Of a stretch of DNA of 64,000 nt, positions 9,963-18,890 are shown piece by piece. The stretch comes from an uncultured delta proteobacterium (GTDB lineage Bacteria; Desulfobacterota; Binatia; Binatales; Binataceae). Made by a program: the position numbers and the translations under genes. The stretch's first letter is position 1, and each line of letters begins with the position of its first letter. The stretch lies in assembly GCA_963794325.1 (NCBI GenBank), contig CAWCDG010000004.1, forward strand, positions 1,632,001 to 1,696,000. Direction: 5' to 3'. The notes under the pieces were generated by a model. It saw only the letters and a list, made by a program, of their open reading frames with translations, was not told the DNA's origin and ran no database searches.

Positions 9963-11761
9963 CGAGCCTTCTGGAGCCGCTCCAGACCTTGCTTCGCATC
10001 TGGTTGTCCTTGCGCGGCGGCTTTTTCATACCACCAAAGGGCTATAGCGGTGTCCTCGGCAATACCCCAGCCGTTCTCGTACATAGCACCGATGTTGTTT
10101 TCTGCATCGGCGTTGCCTTGTTGCGCCGATTGGCGGAACCAGTTCACTGCCGCGGAATAGTCTCTGTCTACGCCGAAGCCATTGAGGTACATCAGACCGA
10201 GGTTGTTCTGGGCTGCGGCATTTCCCTGTTCTGCCGCTTTGCGGAACCACTTCACTGCTTGGGAATCGTCTTTCTGTACTCCCCAGCCGTTCGAGTACAT
10301 GACGCCCAAGTTGGCCGCGCCCATTGCGTTGCCCTGTTGCGCCGCTTCGAGGAACCACTTCATTGCGGCGGAATAGTCCCTATCTACGCCGAATCCATTA
10401 AGGTACAAAACGCCTAGATTGACCTCGCCTTTGGCGTTACCCTGTTGCGCTGACTCGCGAAACCACTTCACTGCCTCAGAATTGTCTTTCTGCATGCCCC
10501 AGCCCTCGGAATACATCACGCCGAGGCTAGCTTGGGCCTCGGCGTCACCTGCTGCGGCTGCGTCTTCATAGTCCTTCAGGGCTACACTATAGTTTCGTTC
10601 CTTTAGCGCAGCGCTAGCCGAGGCGACGATAGCGACGTTTTTTTGCCGCGCGGCCTCCTGCTCTTTCTTGCGGGTCTCCGCTTCTGTCTCTTCGCTTACT
10701 GTTGGTTCGCCTTCTGCGCCGGCTTGGACGTGGGTCGACTGCTCATCGTTGCGGGCCTGCGCTTCCGCCGCCTCGCGTGCTTTCGCCTCCGCATCTTTGC
10801 GAGCCTGGACCTCGATTGCTTGTTGACGCTTACGAGCAACTGCATCCGCCTCTTTGCGCTGTTTCGCTTCGGCTTCTTTGCGGAGTCGGGCCTCGGTCTC
10901 CTGTTCGCGCTTGCGAGTTTCAGCTTCGGCCTTTTCCCGCGCTCTCACATCCGCATCATTGAGGCCCTGACTGTTTGCAGTTCCTGGTTCCTTGGCAGTC
11001 GGAGGCTCCTTTTGCGACTCGGTCGCGCGTTTTTGCGGGGCGCGAGCCGTGGCGACGGCCGGCTGGTTGGCTGGTTCTTGCGCCGACTTCTCTAGGGCTT
11101 CGTGGTATTGGAAGCCCAAAAGTACGACAGCAGCGAGCGCGGCCACGGCTAGTACAGCGATCAAGACCTTACGAAGAGTGAACGAGACCGTCGGTGCGGA
11201 AATTACCGCCGCGGGTTCCAGATGAATTACCCTTGGCGAAGAAGGCATCGCACCACCACGGGTCACTCCGGGCGGAACCTGCGACGCAGGCGCTTTAGTA
11301 GATCGTTCGGTTGTTGCCCCGGTCGCCGATGGAGATGCGTTGCCAGAATGGCTCCCCATGCGATCCAGCCAGAACCTCGCGGAGTCGGCAATTTTGTCCA
11401 AGTGCTGTGCGAACGGCGCTGTGATCGCGTCGAGCCAGTGCGGTGTGCCGAGGAAATATTCGAGGTCGCCGGACGGCTTCACGTCCTCGACCCGGACCGG
11501 CATGACGACGACACCCTTGTTCACGGCGCGTTCTACTTCGCGGCTGATCTGCGGAGACCCGTTAGCGTGCGACGAGAACACCAGCAGCATCACGCGCGCG
11601 CCGTCGATCGCTTCGATAATCGCGCTGCCCCAGCTCATGCCGGGGCGGATGTCGCGCGGCGCGATCCAGCATCCGATGCCGCGCGACTCCAGCTTTGCGC
11701 AAATCCGGTCGGCGAAGGGCTTGTCCTTAGCCGCGTGGCTTATGAAGACGTCGTGAGCCAT
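9959..11761 (-). CDS. TIR - TM - charged coil - Sel1 repeat protein
   Basis: TIR with SPQISREV; hydrophobic segment VLIAVLAVAALAAVVLLGF; about five to six Sel1 repeats (LGVMYxxGxGVxxDxxxAxxWF). Confidence 0.9.
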   Translation of the reverse strand: MAHDVFISHAAKDKPFADRICAKLESRGIGCWIAPRDIRPGMSWGSAIIEAIDGARVMLLVFSSHANGSPQISREVERAVNKGVVVMPVRVEDVKPSGDLEYFLGTPHWLDAITAPFAQHLDKIADSARFWLDRMGSHSGNASPSATGATTERSTKAPASQVPPGVTRGGAMPSSPRVIHLEPAAVISAPTVSFTLRKVLIAVLAVAALAAVVLLGFQYHEALEKSAQEPANQPAVATARAPQKRATESQKEPPTAKEPGTANSQGLNDADVRAREKAEAETRKREQETEARLRKEAEAKQRKEADAVARKRQQAIEVQARKDAEAKAREAAEAQARNDEQSTHVQAGAEGEPTVSEETEAETRKKEQEAARQKNVAIVASASAALKERNYSVALKDYEDAAAAGDAEAQASLGVMYSEGWGMQKDNSEAVKWFRESAQQGNAKGEVNLGVLYLNGFGVDRDYSAAMKWFLEAAQQGNAMGAANLGVMYSNGWGVQKDDSQAVKWFRKAAEQGNAAAQNNLGLMYLNGFGVDRDYSAAVNWFRQSAQQGNADAENNIGAMYENGWGIAEDTAIALWWYEKAAAQGQPDAKQGLERLQKAR

Positions 11762-11899
11762 TTCCCCCCTGATTCATGTTGTTTAAATCAGACCGGCGCC
11801 GGAAAACATAGGGCGGCGAATATCGATAGCAGCGCGCGACGAGTCTCGCTCGGAATCACTACCGCACTTGCAGGGAAGCTCTGGTTTAGCGGTACGAAA

Positions 11900-13249
11900 T
11901 CAGCGCCGGGGAATTATGCTCAAAAATTGCTGCAACACCGCGGATTTCTGCTGTTGCTCTTGCAAAGCCTCTTGTTGAGCCTGCTGCTGAGCTTGCTGTT
12001 GTTGCTGGGCTTGCAAGGCTGCTTGTTGCGCCGCCTGTTGTTGCGCCAACTGTTGCTGTCGTTGTTGCTCAAGCGATGCCTGTTGCTGCGCCTGTTCTGC
12101 CCGGGCACGTTCCTGCGCGGCCGCGGCTCCTCGTTCTCTTGCGATTTCGTCCGCTGCTCGCCGGGCTCTAACCTTCGCTTCTTCCGCCCGAGCGCTTGCC
12201 TCCTCGGCCTCTGCCTTCTCTGCTTCGGCTTTCGCCTTCGCTTCTTCCGCGTGTTCCTTGGCTACGAGGTCGGTGCCGATCGAGAAGGATCGGCTTGCGA
12301 GTTCGCGATCGCCTGAGTACAGCGAAAATTTATAAAGCCCGGGCTTTTGCGCTATCGAATCTGAAAGTGGGATGACACCCGCGACTGACGCGTCGCCATC
12401 CGCGGATTTGGTGACCCGGCGAACACCTCCCGCAGCGATCTGGAGTCCTGCGGGATCGTAGATTCGTGCTTCGATTGGCGAGTCAGCCGAAGCGCTGGCA
12501 GCCCATGCCAGGTTTGGGGCCGCGCGCAATTGAGTATCAAGGAACGATCCCTGGTCTTGCGTCAGCGGAACTCCGTCGGCGGATGCCAATTGGAGGCGGA
12601 TCGCCGCATCGAGATGCTGTTCCTTGGCGCCGCGTGAGATCGAGTAGAAATGCCCGGCCAAGAAGCCAACAGCTATCAGGACGCTCAGGGCGCCGGCGAA
12701 CGCAAACATTCGCGTGAGCTTGCCGCTCCAACCCGGCCCCGCGCTCAGCGCCTTCATCCGCTTGTCTGCGATCCTCGCCGCTTTGCGATCGACCTCAGGC
12801 TCGATTCCGTAGGACGTCGCGGCGGGTCTGGCCAAGTTCGCAGAGGTCGCTCGGGTCATGCGTTGGAGTGCCTGCGCGAGCTCCTCAAAATGACTCTCGA
12901 TCCGACCCTCTGAGGCATCCAGCCATTGGCTGCTGCTCACGAAATATTCCAACGAGGCAGACAGCGGGACAGATTCGACGCGGAACGGCAGAACGGGAAT
13001 ATTACGGCTTACGGCTCGCTCCACTTCGCGCGGAACGTGAACCGATTTGTTGGACAGCGCGGAGACGATCACGATCATCGCGTGCGCCTCCGTGATTCCT
13101 TCCATGATCGATCTGGCATAGTCGGCGCCGAGCGGTACGTCGCGAGGCGCTATCCAGCATTGGATGTTGCGAGCCTCCAGATCTTTGCAGATAGCCTCGG
13201 CGCATGGTTTGTCATGCGAGGCGTAGCTGATGAAGACATGTTGGGCCAT
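11900..13249 (-). CDS. TIR - TM - Ig-like beta domain - coil/Gln-rich tail protein
   Basis: TIR (HVFISY, WIAPRDV, SVHVPREV); TM FAFAGALSVLIAVGFLAG; PGLYKFSLYSGDRELASRSFSI beta-sandwich-like end; poly-Q C-terminus. Confidence 0.85.
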   Translation of the reverse strand: MAQHVFISYASHDKPCAEAICKDLEARNIQCWIAPRDVPLGADYARSIMEGITEAHAMIVIVSALSNKSVHVPREVERAVSRNIPVLPFRVESVPLSASLEYFVSSSQWLDASEGRIESHFEELAQALQRMTRATSANLARPAATSYGIEPEVDRKAARIADKRMKALSAGPGWSGKLTRMFAFAGALSVLIAVGFLAGHFYSISRGAKEQHLDAAIRLQLASADGVPLTQDQGSFLDTQLRAAPNLAWAASASADSPIEARIYDPAGLQIAAGGVRRVTKSADGDASVAGVIPLSDSIAQKPGLYKFSLYSGDRELASRSFSIGTDLVAKEHAEEAKAKAEAEKAEAEEASARAEEAKVRARRAADEIARERGAAAAQERARAEQAQQQASLEQQRQQQLAQQQAAQQAALQAQQQQQAQQQAQQEALQEQQQKSAVLQQFLSIIPRR

Positions 13250-13602
13250 GGCGCCGCTGTGACTCCCTTGCCGGCTCGGTTAGGTCAGCGCTGATCGCGA
13301 TCTGAGGAAGCAATTCGACAAAATCGGCACGTCCCCTTTTTCGGCGGTTGCTCGTCCCACTGCAAGTGAACAGGGACGCTGATTCGCCCCCATTGTCCGA
13401 AATTCACCTGAGCATATCGCCCAGCGAAGTTAAGTCAAGGCGTAGCCTACGTAAGAGTTTCGCTAGTGAATTTACAAGACGACAATTTGATATAGAGCCC
13501 CTTAGTCGGGATTTGCAGGGGAAAGCTCTGGCTAGTGGAGGTTCACCGAGCAGGCTGCTTCGTGGATCTTCGAACAGCGATCTCGCTTACAATCCAGGAA
13601 AA

Positions 13603-13960
13603 TGGTGGAGGCGGGGGGAATTGAACCCCCGTCCGAAGGCCTTCCGGCGACGGCCACTACACGCTTAGTCTGCGAATTTTAGCTCGCGTCCGGAACGCCC
13701 ACAGACGGGCTTTTCGTACGCCAGCCGGCTGAAATTTCGGTAAGCCGCCCAGCCGGTGAACTGCGGTTCCCTAGCCCACTAAATGACGCCCCGACCCGCT
13801 GCCATGGGCGAACAGCGGCGGGACGCTAGCGGCCCTTAGGCCGCCAGAGCGTAACCGTTATTGTCTGCGGGTAAATTTCGCAGTCTGCCAGTTTTACGGG
13901 TCGACAGCACCCGGCGTGCGACCATGGCCATGTTGTCTTCGTCGAATCCAGTTCGCCCCC
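13603..13960 (-). ncRNA. ssrA: tmRNA; tag reading frame 13836-13868 encodes ADNNGYALAA*
   Basis: 5' GGGGGCGAACTGGATTCGAC, 3' GGGGGTTCAATTCCCCCCGCCTCCACCA; acceptor stem with G3:U pair; tag ending YALAA; adjacent to smpB. Confidence 0.97.
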
Positions 13961-14099
13961 ACGATAGTGGGTTTTCCATACGAGGCCAGTCAGAGGTCGA
14001 AACGGTTACATCTCTAATCTAAGGCCCAGCGGCCGCGTTCGCAACCACTCCTCGCGCCCCCTTATCCACGTCGCCATATGCGGATAAACTCAGCCTGAT

Positions 14100-14598
14100 A
14101 TGGTTCGCGATTCTCAAACGCGCAACGGTAAACCGTCCGCCGACGGATTCGACCTGGTGGTCGATAACCGCAAGGCCCGCCACGACTTCTTCATCGAGGA
14201 AACGCTCGAGGCCGGCCTCGCGCTCACCGGCACCGAGGTCAAATCGCTGCGGGCGCATCGCGCAAATCTTCGCGACAGTTACGCGCGCATCAAGAACGGC
14301 GAGGCGTTCCTCGAGAGCGTCCATATCGGCGCCTACGCTCCCGCCGGCCAGTTCAGCCACAAGGAAACTCGCCCGCGAAAACTCCTGATGCATCGCCGCG
14401 AGATCGATAAGCTCTGGGGCCGCGTGCGCGAGAAGGGCTACTCGATCGTCCCACTTGAAAATTTATTTCAAAAACGGACGCGCCAAGGTCGAACTCGGCC
14501 TCGCCAAGGGCAAGCACTCGTACGACAAGCGCGACGCGCTCGCGCGCAGAGCGTCGGATCGGGAAATCGAGCGCGCCCTGAAAGGACGCAACCGCTAG
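14100..14598 (+). CDS. smpB: SsrA-binding protein SmpB (one +1 indel near 14455, likely sequencing error)
   Basis: [33 protein letters not shown]; after the shift [25 protein letters not shown]...TAG at 14596-14598. Confidence 0.93.
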
Positions 14599-15492
14599 AG
14601 AACGTTCTGGCTCTTCGCGAGTTTCCGTAATTCCGCAGCCAGGCTCTGAAAGCTGGTGACGCTCGCCGAGAATTCCCCTGGCGTCGTGCCGATGTTTCCG
14701 AGAACGCTCGCAACGGTATCGTGGAAGCGCGCTGGCTTGATCGCGAATCCTCGTGACTCGGCCATCGCACCTTTCTCATTGAGAAAAAATTTGCGGTTCA
14801 GCGCGTACAGCACGAGCGTCATGAAGCCGGCCGCCCGAAACAGGCATCCGGCGACGTACATCACGTCGGCGCGCGCGGCCGGCTTCGCCGCGATCATAAT
14901 TTCGAATTCCGCATCGAACAGATGCTTCGTCACAAGCCGCGGTCCGAAATTTTTCCGGATACTCGCTGACTCCAGACTTGAGCTGAGCGATCACGCCAGC
15001 CGGATCGAAAAGCGGACGGCAGACGTGAATTTCGCCGGCGTAAATCTGTATGTGAAATCCCAGCGGATGTCCGAGCTGGTGGATGCTGCGCGGGCGACCG
15101 GCGACGCAGTCCTCGATAGCCGCGCGCATCGCGCCAATTTCACGGTAGAGAAAATCAACGTGATTGCCGCGAATCTGGAGCCATCCGCCGCCGTTCACTC
15201 CAGGCCCCCACTCGCCAAACCCAGTCACCAGGTTGTCGCTATGCCGATCGTCCAGCTCCTTCGCTGCCGCTCCCAGAGCCGCCGTCGAGAAGGGATGGGT
15301 GCAGTCGTAATAGATTCCGAGATCGATATCCGACCGCTCGTCGGCAGTTCCACGCGCGCGTGATCCGCCGAGCACGATCGCCAGGATGCCGTCGATCTTC
15401 GACACGCGTGCGACGACTCGACTCGAGTATTTCTTCGATTTCGCGTTGCTCGGCCATTCGCCGAGCTTAGGTCGTGCGATCGTGTCGAGCAA
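14595..15492 (-). CDS. Pol-beta-type nucleotidyltransferase with DUF4037-like helical C-terminus (one +1 indel near 14935)
   Basis: LGGSRARG...[22 protein letters not shown]; C-terminal [14 protein letters not shown] lies in the 14595-14933 frame. Confidence 0.8.
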
Positions 15493-15509
15493 CGCTGCTT
15501 GTGCCGGGA

Positions 15510-15553
15510 AACCTAACCCCTAACCCCTTCCCTGCGCGGGAAGGGGAACCGGA
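15510..15553 (+). repeat. REP-like family A copy 1 (AACCTAACCCCTAACCCCTTCCC-loop-GGGAAGGGGAACCGGA)
   Basis: Near-identical to six other intergenic copies; CCCCTTCCC/GGGAAGGGG hairpin. Confidence 0.9.
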
Positions 15554-15567
15554 TGTTGGGCGTTCGC

Positions 15568-16581
15568 TCATGTATTTGCTTGAGCCGATGCATCTAGCGA
15601 GCTGGCCGCCGCCGCGCCTAGCAGGGCCTGCAATCTCGCGATGCGCTTACTTAGCGGGGGATGCGTCGAGAACAGGTTGTCGAAGAATCCTTCGCCGTCT
15701 TCTCGCAGACCTTCGCGTGGATTGACGATGAACAGATGGCCGGTGCCTGCGGTGCCAGCTTTCAGCGGCGACTCGATTTTCGCGATGTGCTCCAACGCAC
15801 GCAGCAACGCCCGCGGGTTGCGCGTGAACTCGACCGACGACGCATCAGCAAGATATTCCCGCTGTCTCGATACCGCCATCGCGAGCAATTGCGAAAAAAT
15901 TGGCGCCACCGCAGCCAGGATGATAACCGCAACCGTGATCAGCGCCGCTGCCTGGTTGTCGCGATTGTTACTGCTCCTGCCGCGTCCGCCGAAACCACCC
16001 CAGAACATCCAGCGATACATGAAGTCCGACAGCATCGCGATTCCCCCGACCATGACCGCAATCATCATCATCGTGCGGATGTCGTAATCGGCGACGTGCG
16101 ACATCTCGTGCCCGATGACGCCCTGCAATTCCTCGCGATCCATCTGATCGACCAGTCCCTGCGTGACGCAAATCACCGAATGCGACGGGTCGCGTCCGGT
16201 CGCGAACGCATTGGGCGACGGATCGTCCATGATGTACGGCTTGGGCGCCGGCATTCGCGCCGCGGTCGCCATCTCGTTGATCACGTCGAGCACCATCTGA
16301 TGCTTGGGCGTGTCGGCCGTGAGCGGGCGTCCATGAACCGACAGCAGCACCAGGGACGCGCCGCTAAAGTATGAGACCGTGGATTGCACGCCAGCGAAAA
16401 CCAGCGCCGCTATAGTCAGTACCGGAAAGCCGACCAGGTGTCCGTCGACGATTGCGACGTCATTCGCCGCGATATCGAGGCCGAGCCCGAGCGCTCCGAG
16501 CAGCAACATGAACACGACCACCAGCACCGCGGTCTCGCGGCGATTGGTCGCTTCGAGCGCCCTGAAATTACTTGCCGCCAT
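15568..16581 (-). CDS. htpX: M48 family zinc metalloprotease HtpX
   Basis: PNAFATG, HEMSH, SRQREYLADA, FSTHPP; directly downstream of lemA. Confidence 0.92.
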   Translation of the reverse strand: MAASNFRALEATNRRETAVLVVVFMLLLGALGLGLDIAANDVAIVDGHLVGFPVLTIAALVFAGVQSTVSYFSGASLVLLSVHGRPLTADTPKHQMVLDVINEMATAARMPAPKPYIMDDPSPNAFATGRDPSHSVICVTQGLVDQMDREELQGVIGHEMSHVADYDIRTMMMIAVMVGGIAMLSDFMYRWMFWGGFGGRGRSSNNRDNQAAALITVAVIILAAVAPIFSQLLAMAVSRQREYLADASSVEFTRNPRALLRALEHIAKIESPLKAGTAGTGHLFIVNPREGLREDGEGFFDNLFSTHPPLSKRIARLQALLGAAAASSLDASAQANT

Positions 16582-16602
16582 CTCGCGTATGTCGCCGCGT
16601 GC

Positions 16603-17163
16603 TTACGCGCGGGGCGCGGTCATCGACAGGTCGACCTTGGGGACTGCCTGCTCTTCCGGCGCGCCTTTGAAGTATTCGGCCGGTGTGAAACCGAAATTGC
16701 TCGCGATGAGATTTGTCGGGAAGCTTTGAATGCGAGTGTTGAGATCGAGCACGACGTCATTGTAGGCCTGCCGCGCGTAGGCGATTTGATTTTCCGTGGT
16801 CGTCAGCTCTTCCTGCAGCTTGAGCACGTTCTCGTCGGCCTTCAACTGCGGATAGTTCTCCATCACGGCCATCAACTTGCCCAAACCGGTCGTGATCTGA
16901 TTTTCCGCCGCCATGCGCGAGGCCTGATCCGGCGCGCTCACTGCTTTTGCGCGCGCCTCAACCACCTGCGTCAGGGTGTCGCGCTCGAACTGCATATAGC
17001 CTTTGACGGCTTCGACGAGATTCGGAATCAAGTCATGACGGCGTTTCAACTGTACATCTATTTGCCGCCACGCATTATCTACCTGGTTGCGCAGACTGAC
17101 TAATCGGTTATAGGCAAGGATTACCCACGCGACGATAGCCACTACGACAATCAGAAATACCAT
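16603..17163 (-). CDS. lemA: LemA family protein
   Basis: YNRLV, AWRQIDVQLKRRHDLIPNLV, ENYPQLKA, FPTNLIA. Confidence 0.95.
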   Translation of the reverse strand: MVFLIVVVAIVAWVILAYNRLVSLRNQVDNAWRQIDVQLKRRHDLIPNLVEAVKGYMQFERDTLTQVVEARAKAVSAPDQASRMAAENQITTGLGKLMAVMENYPQLKADENVLKLQEELTTTENQIAYARQAYNDVVLDLNTRIQSFPTNLIASNFGFTPAEYFKGAPEEQAVPKVDLSMTAPRA

Positions 17164-17266
17164 TCGCGATTCTCCCCTCAGAGGTCAGTTCGTGGCTGCG
17201 CTTTTTCGCTGGCTGCGTCCACGGCGCCGGCAGTATAAACCGCCGGCGCCCGGAACAAAATTTCCC

Positions 17267-17686
17267 CTAGTTTTGAACCTCGACTTTGATCTTGAACGGC
17301 TTGCTCTCGGGCCGCTTCGGCAGCGTCACGTTCAGCACTCCGTCCTTGTAAGTCGCCTTGATGTTGTCGTGGCCGGCGTCTTCGGGCATCGCGAAAGCGC
17401 GCCGCATTGTGCCGTACGCCCGCTCGGACAGATGCACTTCAACATCCTTCGACCATTCAGGCCGCTTGCGCTCCGCCTCGACGATCAAATTTCCGTCCTC
17501 GACGCGCACATCGACTGATCCACTGTTGATGCCTGCCATCTCGAAGTAGAAATGGTACGCGTCCGCATCTTCGATGACGTCCGCGGTCGGCGCCGACTGA
17601 CGCGTGGGCTCGAGCTCGTTCCACAGCACGTTCCAATGGCGAAGCAAAGAGTCATTTGGAGTAAACCCGTTCATCCGCACTTCCAT
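17267..17686 (-). CDS. Hsp20/alpha-crystallin small heat-shock protein
   Basis: ERAYGTMRRAFAMP, IKATYKDGVLNVTLPK; GGAGG upstream. Confidence 0.9.
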   Translation of the reverse strand: MEVRMNGFTPNDSLLRHWNVLWNELEPTRQSAPTADVIEDADAYHFYFEMAGINSGSVDVRVEDGNLIVEAERKRPEWSKDVEVHLSERAYGTMRRAFAMPEDAGHDNIKATYKDGVLNVTLPKRPESKPFKIKVEVQN

Positions 17687-17873
17687 CTAAGCAAAACCTC
17701 CTGCCGTAATTTCTGTTCGGTGTGATTTTTAATTTCGGGGCCGCTCGGCGCGAGGAAGGCTCTATCTGTCCTTCGCTCGAATCGCCTCGCGTCCCACAAC
17801 TTGAAGGTAAGTACGAACTGGAAGGCGTCAAGCGGCCCTTCGATCGGAACGACAAAATTTGCGGTAAATAAGG

Positions 17874-18077
17874 CTATTTTGCAGGTTCTGGGGTCTTCGA
17901 GAGGTTGGCAATCTCTTGCGCAAATCGTGCTGCCATCTTGCTATCGCCGTTGCGTTCGGCGATTTTCATACCCTCATTTAGCTCTTTGAGCGCGCGCGGA
18001 ATTTCGCCCTTGCCGAGAAACACACCAACCTTGCGGAAGATACGCGCGTAGAGTTCTCCTTTCTCGGCGGCATTCAT
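17874..18077 (-). CDS. Small helical hypothetical protein (67 aa, TPR-like helix pair)
   Basis: MNAAEKGELYARIFRKVGVFLGKGEIPRALKELNEGMKIAERNGD... amphipathic, protein-like composition; fills an otherwise empty gap. Confidence 0.55.
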   Translation of the reverse strand: MNAAEKGELYARIFRKVGVFLGKGEIPRALKELNEGMKIAERNGDSKMAARFAQEIANLSKTPEPAK

Positions 18078-18813
18078 GGCGGCAAATTCAATTGACGAAA
18101 CTCGCGATACGATCCTCGACGGTTCTATCACGCTGATACAGCCGAGGCACGGCTACCGCTTCTCGGTCGAGGCGATATTGCTCGGCCGCTTCGCGCGCGC
18201 GTCCACGCGGGACCGAGTGCTCGAGTTAGGCGCGGGATGCGGCGTCGTGTCGATAATGATGGCCACCATCTATCGCCCGCGCGAAGTCGTCGCGCTCGAG
18301 ATCCAGCCGGCGCTGGCGGAGATGGTCGCGCGCAGCGCCGCAATCAACCAACTCAAGTCTGTGCATGCGGTTTGCGCCGACCTGCGGCAGAAAAAGATCG
18401 CCGGCGTCGAACCTGCCAGCTTCGATCTGGTCGTCGCGAATCCTCCCTATCGCGCGGCGGCCTCCGGCCGCGAAAATCCCGACCACGGCCGCCGCGTCGC
18501 TCGCGGCGAGGGCGCGACTGTGCTGGAGGATTTCGTTATGGCCGCGCGCCGCTACGCTCGCACAAGCGGCCGAGTCGCATTTGTCTTCACCGCGCGCAGA
18601 AGCGCCGAGTTGATTTCCGCCATGCGCTCCAGGCAACTGGAGCCCAAGCGGATCCGTTTCGTGCATCCGCGAATCGCAACGCCCGCATCAGTAATGTTGA
18701 TCGAGGCGCGCGTCGGCGGCGGAATCGAAGTAGCTATTGAGCCTCCGTTGATACTATACGAACGCCTGGGAATACATTCTTCCGAAGCCCAAGCATTACT
18801 CAGTTCCCAATAG
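18076..18813 (+). CDS. tRNA1(Val) m6A37 methyltransferase family (TrmN6/YfiC-like)
   Basis: QPRHGYRFSVEAILL, VLELGAGCG, DLVVANPPY, PKRIRFVHP. Confidence 0.87.
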   Translation: MAANSIDETRDTILDGSITLIQPRHGYRFSVEAILLGRFARASTRDRVLELGAGCGVVSIMMATIYRPREVVALEIQPALAEMVARSAAINQLKSVHAVCADLRQKKIAGVEPASFDLVVANPPYRAAASGRENPDHGRRVARGEGATVLEDFVMAARRYARTSGRVAFVFTARRSAELISAMRSRQLEPKRIRFVHPRIATPASVMLIEARVGGGIEVAIEPPLILYERLGIHSSEAQALLSSQ

Positions 18814-18859
18814 CCTCTCCCTATCAGGGAGAGGCCGCGCCTCCGGCGCGGGTGAGGGT
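18813..18859 (-). repeat. REP-like family B (CCCTCACCC...CCTCTCCC hairpin) copy
   Basis: GCCTCTCCCTATCAGGGAGAGGC hairpin followed by GGGTGAGGGT, between convergent genes. Confidence 0.75.
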
Positions 18860-18890
18860 CCAAATTCCTGGATATCTTTCTGCCGCTGCG

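Noticed and set aside
6585-13249. Calling the TIR block canonical Thoeris or Pycsar
   Set aside because: No SIR2 or Macro ThsA, no cNMP-binding effector, and the TIRs are membrane-anchored; only the logic is similar
13348-13668. 106-aa ORF as an integrase or recombinase fragment
   Set aside because: No catalytic motifs, and it runs antisense into the tmRNA 3' end
14595-15492. Nucleotidyltransferase as an MNT-HEPN toxin-antitoxin pair or CBASS cyclase
   Set aside because: The two ORFs join into one protein by a single indel; no RxxxxH HEPN motif and no CBASS effector adjacent
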